Assembly (NCBI GenBank): GCA_963804165.1
Contig: CAWDPO010000015.1
Location: 136,377-200,376 of the forward strand
Direction of reading: 5' to 3'
Origin: an uncultured delta proteobacterium
GTDB taxonomy: Bacteria; Desulfobacterota; Binatia; UBA9968
Length of the DNA stretch: 64,000 nucleotides
Under the pieces are notes generated by a model. The model saw only the letters and a list, made by a program, of their open reading frames with translations. It did no database searches and was not told where the DNA came from. Of the stretch, positions 9,927 to 18,779 are shown one piece after another. Numbering within the stretch: position 1 is the stretch's first letter; the number at the start of each line of letters is the position of its first letter. Position numbers and translations under genes: made by a program.

Positions 9927-11105
9927 TCAGGGAGCGACGAGACTTTCCGGTAAACCGGCTTCAGGATCGGCGGCTGACGACCGGCGCGCGCTTGTACCGG
10001 GAAATGCGCAAGACATAAATTCTGTTAAACAGGCGCGCACCTCTGCGGCGCTATTTGCCCGAGTCATCCGTGCGCGCATCTCCGCCGCGCCGCGAAAATT
10101 ACGGCAGTACCATGTCAAGTGCTTACGCATAGCCATGAAGCGCGAGCGCCCGCAGAGTCGTTCAAAATGCTCGCTGTGCTCGGCGATCACGGCAAATCTT
10201 TCGTCAAGGCTGATGAGCGGATCGGTACAAAGTAATTCGCGGCCAGCGCTGAGTGCTTCCTTGACGGCATGCTTATTTCGAAAGAGCCACGGATTGCCCT
10301 GCGCGCCACGGCCGATCAGCACGCCATCGACCCCCGTATCACGAACGCGCCGAAAAGCATCGCGCAAGTCCTGTACGTCACCGTTGCCAAGAATCAGCGT
10401 GCCCGATCCTTTGGCGATTTCGACAGCGCAAGCAATCGCGTGCCAATTCGCTTCGCCTTTGTACCCTTGCTCTAACGTGCGGCCGTGGAGGGAGATTGCC
10501 GCCGGCTCCTCTTGCAAGAGCGTCTTCAGCCAATCTTCTATCACGATCCGGTCATAGCCGAGTCGGGTTTTTACGGAGACCGGAATAAGCCGCCGTTCCA
10601 ACGGTGTTGTCCAGCCGCTTCGCTGTCGATTCACCTGTCTAACTTGTTCGATCACCTCGCCACAAAAATCGAGGTTTCCCAGGGTCTGGCCACCGTGCCA
10701 GTCTCTGATCCCTCGGTGCGCAGCTCGGATAATTTCACGGGCCAGATCCGGCGCGCGTATAAGCGCCGCGCCACAGCCGCTGGCGGCAACTTTCTTTGCC
10801 GGACAGCCCATATTGATATCCAAGCCGTCGAATCCAAGCTCACAGACGACGTGCGCAACTTTATAAAAAAGCTCCGGTGTCCTGCCGTAAATCTGCGCGA
10901 CCACCGGCCGCTCGACTTCAGAATAGGTAAAATCCTTGAGCAAGGTATGTGGCGAGTAGAACGCCGATTGGATATTGACGAACTCAGTCAGGGTCACATC
11001 CGGCGCGCCGTGGTTGGCCGTGATGAAACGGAACGACGCGTCCGTAATGCCGTCCATTGGGGAGAGCCCGATGATCGGCTTAATTATGTTCCGCCAAAAA
11101 TTCAT
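9927..11105 (-). CDS. dus: tRNA-dihydrouridine synthase
   Basis: SPMDG, DINMGCP, VSVKTRLG, LHGRT, GNGDV, IGRG, GNPW. Confidence 0.93.
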   Translation of the reverse strand: MNFWRNIIKPIIGLSPMDGITDASFRFITANHGAPDVTLTEFVNIQSAFYSPHTLLKDFTYSEVERPVVAQIYGRTPELFYKVAHVVCELGFDGLDINMGCPAKKVAASGCGAALIRAPDLAREIIRAAHRGIRDWHGGQTLGNLDFCGEVIEQVRQVNRQRSGWTTPLERRLIPVSVKTRLGYDRIVIEDWLKTLLQEEPAAISLHGRTLEQGYKGEANWHAIACAVEIAKGSGTLILGNGDVQDLRDAFRRVRDTGVDGVLIGRGAQGNPWLFRNKHAVKEALSAGRELLCTDPLISLDERFAVIAEHSEHFERLCGRSRFMAMRKHLTWYCRNFRGAAEMRARMTRANSAAEVRACLTEFMSCAFPGTSARRSSAADPEAGLPESLVAP

Positions 11106-11195
11106 GCCCTTAATTCACATTATCATCGCCGCATTCTCCTCTCAAACCAGCGGCCAGTGGAGTCCGCGGATCGACAACCTCATATCCTCGGATCG

Positions 11196-11459
11196 TCAAT
11201 CGCGCCGTTTGAGAATCTCTTCCAGCTTCTTGCGGTCTTCTTCGAGGATCTTCTCTCGCGGCCGCTTGGTCGGCGCGGATTCGCTCCGATTCGATTTAGC
11301 GGCCGGCTTGAGCTGTTCATTGGCCGGCGTGAACGAGGCAGCGATTTCGCGCCAGTAGAACCAAATGGCAAACGCTATCAACCAAACAACGAGCGGAACG
11401 AACGTATAGAGAAGAAGCGTCTTGAGCCAGCTCCGCTTCTTGCGCTTTCGGGTAGCCAC
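11196..11459 (-). CDS. Small single-TM membrane protein
   Basis: Basic N-terminus, one hydrophobic helix, charged tail; co-oriented downstream of glpX. Confidence 0.7.
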   Translation of the reverse strand: MATRKRKKRSWLKTLLLYTFVPLVVWLIAFAIWFYWREIAASFTPANEQLKPAAKSNRSESAPTKRPREKILEEDRKKLEEILKRRD

Positions 11460-11489
11460 TTTCAGCGCGGATCAACTGAACGTGGAACT

Positions 11490-12440
11490 TTAGTAATTGG
11501 GCTTGTGCTCAAAATAATGGGTCGCATTGATAACGCGAATGGTTTTGGTCTTGGAGCGCATCACCACGGACTGAGTGGTCGCCCCGCCCGAGAAAAAGTG
11601 CACGCCGCGCAGGTAATCGCCATCCGTGACTCCCGTCGCCGCGAACATGACATCCCCGGCAGCCAGCTCCTCGATCTGGAATTTTTTCTTGATGTCCTTG
11701 ACGCCCATCTTTTTGGCCCGCTCGATCTCTTCATCGTTGCGCGGCGCCAAACGGCCCTGAAACGCGCCGCCGACGCAGCGCAGGGCGGCCGCGGCCAGCA
11801 CGCCTTCCGGGGCGCCGCCAATCCCCATCAGCAGATCGATGCCGGTTTCCGGCTTCGTCGTCGCTATCGCAGCCGAAACGTCGCCGTCGCCGATCAAGCG
11901 AATGCGTGCGCCGGCTTTGCGCACTTCCGCGATGAGCGCTTCGTGGCGCGGGCGCGATAAAATGATCACCGTTAAATCTTCGACCTTGCAACGCTTCGCT
12001 TCCGCCAGGGCGTGCAGGTTTTCCGTCGGTGATTTATCGAGGTCGATCACCCCGTTACCGACCGGACCGGCGGCGATCTTGGCCATGTACGTATCCGGGC
12101 AATGCAGCAAATTACCGCCGTCTGCCATGGCGATGACCGCGAGTGCATTCGGCGCTCCCGTCGCGCAAATCGTCGTGCCTTCAAGCGGATCGAGCGCGAT
12201 ATCGACCTTCGGACCACCGGAACCGACTTTCTCGCCGATGTAGAGCATCGGCGCTTCGTCGCGCTCGCCTTCGCCGATCACCACCGTGCCGTCGATCGAC
12301 AGCGCATCGAACGCCTTACGCATGGCGTCGACGGCCGCCTGGTCCGCGGCTTTTTCGTTGCCGCGACCGGTCCAGTGTGCGCAGTTCAATGCCGCTGCTT
12401 CAGTTACTCGAATAGCCTCCAGAGCTAAATTTCGGTCCAT
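11490..12440 (-). CDS. glpX: Class II fructose-1,6-bisphosphatase
   Basis: VIGEGERDEAPMLYIGE, DPLEGT, DGDV, GGAPEGVL. Confidence 0.97.
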   Translation of the reverse strand: MDRNLALEAIRVTEAAALNCAHWTGRGNEKAADQAAVDAMRKAFDALSIDGTVVIGEGERDEAPMLYIGEKVGSGGPKVDIALDPLEGTTICATGAPNALAVIAMADGGNLLHCPDTYMAKIAAGPVGNGVIDLDKSPTENLHALAEAKRCKVEDLTVIILSRPRHEALIAEVRKAGARIRLIGDGDVSAAIATTKPETGIDLLMGIGGAPEGVLAAAALRCVGGAFQGRLAPRNDEEIERAKKMGVKDIKKKFQIEELAAGDVMFAATGVTDGDYLRGVHFFSGGATTQSVVMRSKTKTIRVINATHYFEHKPNY

Positions 12441-13645
12441 GTCGGCCTCCCTTCAATCAGCGCTTCCATTAATCGATAGGCTTTCCTGGCTACAATACCG
12501 GTTTTTAGCGCGTCAATCTCGTTGTAGCCGAGATTGCCATTTTCTTGCGGCGCGTCGGCGGAAAACAAAACAAACGGCACCGGATCGGCGACGTGGGTCT
12601 TGAGCGCGATGGCAGTCGGATGATCCGGCATCAATAGAATTCGATAATCTTTGCGGTGCGCCATTCCCTTCAATACCGTGCCGACGACTTTTTCATCGAA
12701 ATCTTCCAGCGCTTGAATCTTTTTTTCCACGTCACCCATGTGGCCGGCTTCGTCGGTGGCCTCGACGTGGATGAACACGAAGTCGTTTTTTTCGAGCGAG
12801 CGCACGCCGTATTCACCTTTGCCGACGTAATTGGTGTCGAGAAAACCGGTAATGCCCGGCACATCGATTCGCTCCAGCCCGGCATAAACACCGAGCCCGT
12901 GGATAATATCGACGGCCGAGATGACGCCGCCTTTGATGCCGAAGCGTTTGGTCAAGGGTGGTAGCTGCGGCGCTCTCCCCTGCCCCCAGAGCCAAATCGT
13001 CGTCGCCTGGCGCTGTCCGGCTGCTTGACGTTTTAGATTCACCGGATGATTTGCCACTACTGGCTGCGAAGCTCGCATGAGTTGCAGCAAGCGTTCCGCA
13101 CCGTCGCCTTTCGGCATATACGAGGCAATTTTTTGCTCGGTGATGTCGTGCGGCGGTGTGGTGGTCATCTGCTCTTTGCCGTCACGCCAGACCATCAAGT
13201 GGCGGTAACTCACACCGGGGAAAAATTCGATGCCGTCGCCGCCGAGCTCGCGTCCGAGGTCGCGGATGATCACAGCGGCTTCTTCGGTCGAAATATGGCC
13301 GGAGGTGAAATCCTCCATGAAAGTTTCATCGCCGTCGCCGCCCAGCGTCACGAGATTACAGCGAAATGCGATATCCTTCGGCCCCAAAGCCACCCCCATG
13401 CTTGCCGCTTCGAGTGGCGAGCGCCCGGTGTGATAAATCGCCGGGTCGTAACCCATGATGCTCATGTTACCGACGTCACTGCCCGGAGGAAAACCTTCTG
13501 GGATCACATGAGCAATGCCATATACGCCGTGCCGCGCAAGCCAGTCCATGTTCGGCGTGCGCGCCGCTTGCAGCGGTGTTCGCCCGCCCAAAACCTCGAG
13601 CGGATAGTCGGCCATGCCGTCGCCTTGCAGAATAATGTACTTCAC
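12425..13645 (-). CDS. apgM: ApgM-type cofactor-independent phosphoglycerate mutase (possible alternative homoserine kinase)
   Basis: GDGMAD, PGSDV, GRSPLEA, HVEATDEAGH, PDHPT; likely GTG start at 13645. Confidence 0.9.
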   Translation of the reverse strand: MKYIILQGDGMADYPLEVLGGRTPLQAARTPNMDWLARHGVYGIAHVIPEGFPPGSDVGNMSIMGYDPAIYHTGRSPLEAASMGVALGPKDIAFRCNLVTLGGDGDETFMEDFTSGHISTEEAAVIIRDLGRELGGDGIEFFPGVSYRHLMVWRDGKEQMTTTPPHDITEQKIASYMPKGDGAERLLQLMRASQPVVANHPVNLKRQAAGQRQATTIWLWGQGRAPQLPPLTKRFGIKGGVISAVDIIHGLGVYAGLERIDVPGITGFLDTNYVGKGEYGVRSLEKNDFVFIHVEATDEAGHMGDVEKKIQALEDFDEKVVGTVLKGMAHRKDYRILLMPDHPTAIALKTHVADPVPFVLFSADAPQENGNLGYNEIDALKTGIVARKAYRLMEALIEGRPTWTEI

Positions 13646-13665
13646 GCTTGCTCCCAATGCGAAAA

Positions 13666-13721
13666 GTTCCGGGTTTCAGGTTCAAAGTTCAACGTTGAAC
13701 TCGGAACCTTGAACGTTGAAC
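13666..13721. repeat. Palindromic array of eight heptamers
   Basis: GTTCCGG GTTTCAG GTTCAAA GTTCAAC followed by GTTGAAC TCGGAAC CTTGAAC GTTGAAC, in the hom-apgM spacer. Confidence 0.75.
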
Positions 13722-13741
13722 CGCGCGACAGCGCCGCCGCG

Positions 13742-15136
13742 CTATTTCCCGCCCCAAATCGGAAACCAAACCGGATCAATTACGATATAATCTCGATTTC
13801 GGATGGAATCCAGAGCCCTGCGCATTTGCCGCAAAGTGGTGCGCTCCAAGGTCATAACGAAGGGTAGCATGCCCTGATATTTTTGCTTGAGCTTAGCGCT
13901 CTGCTTCAAGCTCTGTATCTCTTCCTCGACGTGCCGAAGCTGCCAAATTTCTGAAATGTTCACACCGATACGGCCGAAAGTCCGGCCGATATCGCCGACT
14001 ATCCCGGCACGATCTTTGACCACGAAGCGCACGTAAAACGGCACGTCGATGTCGTTTTCGGCTTGAAGCTTGAGCATCCGCGGTGGAATGAGGCTAGGCA
14101 CACCGCTAAATTTGCGTTCGCTGCGCGCCAGCTCGCACACATCGCCGAGCACCGCCACGGCCGTCGGACCACCGCCCGCGCCCGGCCCGACGAGAACATA
14201 ATCGCAGTCGCGCTCGCCGCGCCCGCCGCTGCTGCTCTTCCCCGCGAAACAGATCGCGTTGGTCGCACCGTCGACGCTCGCCAGAAAATTTTCTCTTGCC
14301 ACCAACGCCGGCGAGACAAAAACTTGCACCACTTGGCCTTTGCGCCGAGCCACCGCGAGCTGCTTAATTGTGCTGCCACCGATGCGTGCGGCATAGCGAA
14401 AATCCACAGCTTGAATACCTTCTATGCCCTTGCGCCAGATCCTGCCGGGTTGGATCTGCAGACCAAAGGCAACCAAACTCAAGAGCAGCAGTTTGGCCTC
14501 GGCATCGCTGCCGTTCACATCCGACGCCGGATTCGTTTCCGCGTAGCCCTTTTCCTGGGCTTCTTTTAGCGCCTCGGCGTACGGTTTGCCGCTCTTTTCC
14601 ATCTGCGAAAGGATGTAGTTACAGGTGCCGTTGACGATGCCGAAGATCGATTCCGGTTCTTCGATCGCGAAGCTCTCGCTGAGCGAGCGAATCACCGGGA
14701 TGCCGCCGCCGACGCAGGCTTCGAAGCGCAGCTGCTGTCCGGACTTTTTCGCCGCCGACCAAATTTCCTTGCCGTAGCGCGCCAGAACCGCTTTGTCGGA
14801 AGTGACGACGGATTTTCCGTTGCGAAAAGCGCGCAGGATATAGTCGCGAAACTGCGGCAGCTGCCGAGCGGACTGAAAGCCCAAGGCCTCGATCACGATA
14901 TCCACGCCGGGATGATCGAGCACTTCTTCGGGGCGGCTTGTGAACAGCGGCCGGCGCTTGCTGTACCATTTTTTCCCCTTGGGATTGCGTGTGTAGATCT
15001 TGCGGAGCTCAAGGCCGATTTCTTTGCCTAGCGCACCGCTGAGGTCGCGAAAAAGAATATCCTGGATCGCTTCGCCGACCACGCCCGAACCGAGCAGGCC
15101 GACGCCGACTTTTCGTCGTGTGTTCACTGATGCCAT
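13742..15136 (-). CDS. hom: Homoserine dehydrogenase with C-terminal ACT domain
   Basis: GSGVVG, FEACVGGGIP, GIVNGTCNYIL, GPGAG, ACT motif DRAGIVG. Confidence 0.93.
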   Translation of the reverse strand: MASVNTRRKVGVGLLGSGVVGEAIQDILFRDLSGALGKEIGLELRKIYTRNPKGKKWYSKRRPLFTSRPEEVLDHPGVDIVIEALGFQSARQLPQFRDYILRAFRNGKSVVTSDKAVLARYGKEIWSAAKKSGQQLRFEACVGGGIPVIRSLSESFAIEEPESIFGIVNGTCNYILSQMEKSGKPYAEALKEAQEKGYAETNPASDVNGSDAEAKLLLLSLVAFGLQIQPGRIWRKGIEGIQAVDFRYAARIGGSTIKQLAVARRKGQVVQVFVSPALVARENFLASVDGATNAICFAGKSSSGGRGERDCDYVLVGPGAGGGPTAVAVLGDVCELARSERKFSGVPSLIPPRMLKLQAENDIDVPFYVRFVVKDRAGIVGDIGRTFGRIGVNISEIWQLRHVEEEIQSLKQSAKLKQKYQGMLPFVMTLERTTLRQMRRALDSIRNRDYIVIDPVWFPIWGGK

Positions 15137-15178
15137 TGTAAGTCTTCTGAAGTATTCGAGAGCTTATTGAAACGCCGG

Positions 15179-16357
15179 CTAGTCGAGAAGTTCGCCGAGC
15201 GCGCGCTTGATCTTTCGAACGGCTTGTTTCGTCCGATGCTCATTTTCGATCAGCGCGAAGCGCACATGCTCGTCGCCGTATTGGCCGAAGCCGATGCCCG
15301 GCGACACCGCCACCTGGGCTTCCTGGAGCAAATATTTGGAAAACTCCACCGAACCCATTTTTCGCGCCGGCTCGGGGATCTTCGCCCACACGAACATGGT
15401 TCCCTTGGGTTTGGGAATGTACCAGCCGGCGCGCTCGAGACCATCGATCAAGGAGTCGCGGCGTTTCTGATACATCAAGCGAATGTCTTCGACGCAATCC
15501 TGTGATCCGTTCAAGGCTTGAATCGCAGCGATTTGAATCGGCTGGAAGATCCCGTAGTCAAGATAGCTCTTGATCCGCGCCAGCGCATGGACGACGTCTT
15601 TGTTGCCGACGCAAAAGCCGACGCGCCAGCCCGGCATGTTGTAGCTTTTCGATAGCGAAAAGAATTCTACGCCGACCTCTTTGGCCCCCGGCACCTGAAG
15701 AAAGCTCGGCGCTTCATAACCGTCAAAGGTGATATCCGCGTAAGCGAGATCGTGAACCACGATGAAGCCATGCTCCTGGGCGGCCTTCACGACGCGCTCG
15801 AAAAAATCGAGTTCGACGACTTCCGTGGTCGGATTATGCGGAAAACTGATGATCAGCATTTTTGGCTTGGGCCAGGTCTGGCGAATCGCCTCTTCCAGGT
15901 GGGCGAAGAACGTTTCACTCGTCGTCAACGGAATGCAGCGCAGATCGCCGCCGGCTAAAACCACGGCGTACTGATGAATCGGGTAAGTCGGGCTCGGGCA
16001 AAGTACCACGTCGCCAGGGTCGATGGTCGCCCACGCAAGATGGGAGATGCCCTCTTTAGCGCCGATGGTGACGATCGCTTCGGCGTCCGGATCGAGGCTC
16101 ACTTGGTAGCGTCGCTGATACCAGTCGCATATCGCCACCCGCAGTTTGTAGATGCCGCGTGACACCGAATAGCGGTGATTCTGCGGCTTGCTCGCGGCTT
16201 CGACGAGCTTAGCGACGACGTGCGGCGGGGTTGGCAAATCAGGGTTGCCCATGCCGAAGTCGACAATATCTTCACCACGATGACGCGCCGCCATTTTCAT
16301 GCCATCGATGATGCTAAAAACGTAGGGCGGCAGCCGCTTAATCCGTTGAAATTCCAC
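15179..16357 (-). CDS. alaC: PLP-dependent class I/II aminotransferase (AlaC/YfdZ-like)
   Basis: [36 protein letters not shown]. Confidence 0.85.
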   Translation of the reverse strand: MEFQRIKRLPPYVFSIIDGMKMAARHRGEDIVDFGMGNPDLPTPPHVVAKLVEAASKPQNHRYSVSRGIYKLRVAICDWYQRRYQVSLDPDAEAIVTIGAKEGISHLAWATIDPGDVVLCPSPTYPIHQYAVVLAGGDLRCIPLTTSETFFAHLEEAIRQTWPKPKMLIISFPHNPTTEVVELDFFERVVKAAQEHGFIVVHDLAYADITFDGYEAPSFLQVPGAKEVGVEFFSLSKSYNMPGWRVGFCVGNKDVVHALARIKSYLDYGIFQPIQIAAIQALNGSQDCVEDIRLMYQKRRDSLIDGLERAGWYIPKPKGTMFVWAKIPEPARKMGSVEFSKYLLQEAQVAVSPGIGFGQYGDEHVRFALIENEHRTKQAVRKIKRALGELLD

Positions 16358-16475
16358 GCGTGGTTACCTGATCCCTTCTAAGCAAATAATTCTTTCATTT
16401 TATAAAGCATCGTCGTAGCCGGCGCAACTAAAACGTTTCTCGCGTGATGGTTCCACTTACCTACACCGACGCGGC

Positions 16476-16543
16476 GTTGTAGGGGCCGACCTGCGTGTTG
16501 GCGCTATCGGTCAGGCAACGGAATCGGGTCGCTCCTACGCAAC
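16476..16543. repeat. GTAG-type REP-like palindromic element
   Basis: GTAGGGGCCGACC...GGGTCGCTCCTAC inverted ends downstream of recG. Confidence 0.6.
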
Positions 16544-16578
16544 GACCGGCGTTGATGACGCCGAAAATTGCGCTGTGT

Positions 16579-18771
16579 TCATCCGACCAAGCCCAACTGC
16601 AATGTCATTCCCCAGCGGTGCCGAAGGATTTGCTTCATGCCTGCCGAAGCTTTGCTTTTCAGCTCTGGGTCCTTGTCCAGCCAGGCAAGAGCCTCCTTGC
16701 GCGCCTCGGCGAGCAAGCGCGTATCGCGCGCCAAATTGGCGAAGCGAAAGTCAACGAGCCCGGATTGCCGCGCGCCAAGCATTTCCCCAGGACCGCGCAG
16801 GCGCAGATCGGCTTCAGCGATCTTAAAGCCGTCGCGCTCATTTTCCATTACGCGAAGACGTTCGGCAGCCAGGGCGCTGCCTGTGCCGCGATTGACCAAT
16901 AGGCAGTGACCCGACGCGGAACCCCGTCCGACGCGGCCGCGCAGCTGGTGCAATTGCGCCAGTCCGAAGCGCTCGGCGTGCTCGACCACCATGACCGTGG
17001 CGTTGGGAATATCGATGCCGACTTCGATCACGGTCGTCGCGACCAGAAGTCCGAGCTTGCCGTCGCGAAACGAGCGCATGATTTGCTCGCGCTCTTCGGT
17101 CTTTAAGCGGCCGTGGACCAGGCCGATGCCGTAGTCTTTGAACAGCGTCTGGCGCATTTTCTCCGCCATCTGAGTGGCGTCGCGCACTTGTTGAAGCTGT
17201 TCCGAGGCCTCTACCAGAGGCAATACGACAAATGCCTGATGGCCGCGTTTTAATTCGTCAAGCACGGTGGCGTAGACTTGCCGGCGCTCGCGCTCGGTGA
17301 AAACTTTGGTTTGCACCGGCGTTCGTCCCGGCGGCATTTCGTCGACGAACGAAACTTCCATATCGCCGTAAAGCACCATCGCCAAGCTGCGCGGGATCGG
17401 CGTCGCGCTCATCATCAGCATATGCGGTTGACGGCTCGACGGCGACGCGGTTTCCGAGCCGTCGATCAGGCGCTGGAGCGAGAGGCGCTGCATGACGCCG
17501 AAGCGATGTTGTTCGTCGATCACACCCAAGCCCATGCGCGGCGCGCGCACTTCTTCTTGGATCAAGGCGTGGGTGCCGACAACGAAAGAAATCTCGCCGC
17601 GCGAGATCCGTCCAAGCAGCAATCGTTTCTCTTTTACCGGCGTCGCCGCGGTCAGCAGCGCTGCCGAGACGCCCAGAGTATCGGCAAACTTTTTCAAGTT
17701 GCGGAAATGCTGCTCGGCCAAGATTTCCGTGGGCGCCATCCAGAGCGCTTGATAGCCGTTGTCGATCGCCTGCAGTGACGCCAACCAAGCGACCATGGTT
17801 TTTCCCGAACCCACGTCGCCTTGGACGAGGCGCTGCATCGGTTGATCGCCGCTCATGTCTTCGCTTATTTCCTTTAGAACGCGTTGCTGTGCGGCGGTGA
17901 GTTTGAACGGCAAGCGCTCGCGCATGCGAGCGCCGAGCGGCGCGCTTGGAGCCATAAAGCGAATCCCCGCGCTCTTGGCGCGGGATCGCTTACGCAGACC
18001 CAGTCCGAGTTGAAGATAGAATAGCTCGTCAAAGATGACCGTTCGGTGTGCCGGTGAAGCAAATTCGTTGAACGCGCGGATATCGATTTCAAGCGGCGTC
18101 TCGTGCAATTGCGCGAGCGCATCAGCGACCGTCATCAAACGGTGACGTTGAACGATTTCCTCGGGCAGACGGTATGAAAAATAGCGGCCGTATTCGCACA
18201 ACGCCTGGGCCATCCACCGACGCATCAGAGACAACGGCAGGCCCGTTGGTCGAACGTACATCGGCAGGATGCGTTGCAGCTGTTGCTCTTCTATTGTTTC
18301 GATGACTTCGAAATCCGGATGAACAATGCGCAGCCGCCCCGGCATTCCTGGTTCGACTTTGCCGTGGACTAAAAGCGTCTGGCCGTTGGTGAGGCCATTG
18401 GCCAGGTATCCCGGCGCGCGATACCAGATCAAATCGACGCTGCCGGTGTCATCCTGCAGCGCCCCGAGAAGCAGTTGACTACGGCGGCGCGGGTTATATT
18501 TCTTTTGCAAAGCGAGCAAACGGCCGACAAAGCTCGACTCCTCGCCCGGCGTCGCGCTGGCGATTTTCCTAATCTGGCGCCGATCTTCATAGCGAAACGG
18601 CAAGTGATAGAGCAGATCTTCGATGGTCGTCAGTCCGAAGGATTCGAGCTGGCTCGCGCGCTTCGGACCGACGCCTTTGAGACTTTGAATCGGCGTGCCG
18701 AAGGCGCGCAGGCAAGCTCGAACGCCAATGGGCGACGGATGAGTGGCGGAATCTGCGCCGGACGGCTTCAT
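16579..18771 (-). CDS. recG: ATP-dependent DNA helicase RecG
   Basis: PFRYEDR, QGDVGSGKT, DEQHRFG, SATPIPR, QLHQLRGRVGRG; start placed at ATG 18771 to avoid overlap with carB. Confidence 0.97.
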   Translation of the reverse strand: MKPSGADSATHPSPIGVRACLRAFGTPIQSLKGVGPKRASQLESFGLTTIEDLLYHLPFRYEDRRQIRKIASATPGEESSFVGRLLALQKKYNPRRRSQLLLGALQDDTGSVDLIWYRAPGYLANGLTNGQTLLVHGKVEPGMPGRLRIVHPDFEVIETIEEQQLQRILPMYVRPTGLPLSLMRRWMAQALCEYGRYFSYRLPEEIVQRHRLMTVADALAQLHETPLEIDIRAFNEFASPAHRTVIFDELFYLQLGLGLRKRSRAKSAGIRFMAPSAPLGARMRERLPFKLTAAQQRVLKEISEDMSGDQPMQRLVQGDVGSGKTMVAWLASLQAIDNGYQALWMAPTEILAEQHFRNLKKFADTLGVSAALLTAATPVKEKRLLLGRISRGEISFVVGTHALIQEEVRAPRMGLGVIDEQHRFGVMQRLSLQRLIDGSETASPSSRQPHMLMMSATPIPRSLAMVLYGDMEVSFVDEMPPGRTPVQTKVFTERERRQVYATVLDELKRGHQAFVVLPLVEASEQLQQVRDATQMAEKMRQTLFKDYGIGLVHGRLKTEEREQIMRSFRDGKLGLLVATTVIEVGIDIPNATVMVVEHAERFGLAQLHQLRGRVGRGSASGHCLLVNRGTGSALAAERLRVMENERDGFKIAEADLRLRGPGEMLGARQSGLVDFRFANLARDTRLLAEARKEALAWLDKDPELKSKASAGMKQILRHRWGMTLQLGLVG

Positions 18772-18779
18772 GACGCCCG

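Noticed and set aside
10485-11960. 491-aa plus-strand ORF
   Set aside because: Antisense shadow of dus, the small membrane gene and glpX; no motifs; expected in high-GC DNA.
13666-13721. Possible CRISPR array here or at the other repeats
   Set aside because: The units are 7-9 nt or single palindromes with no unique spacers, and there are no cas genes.
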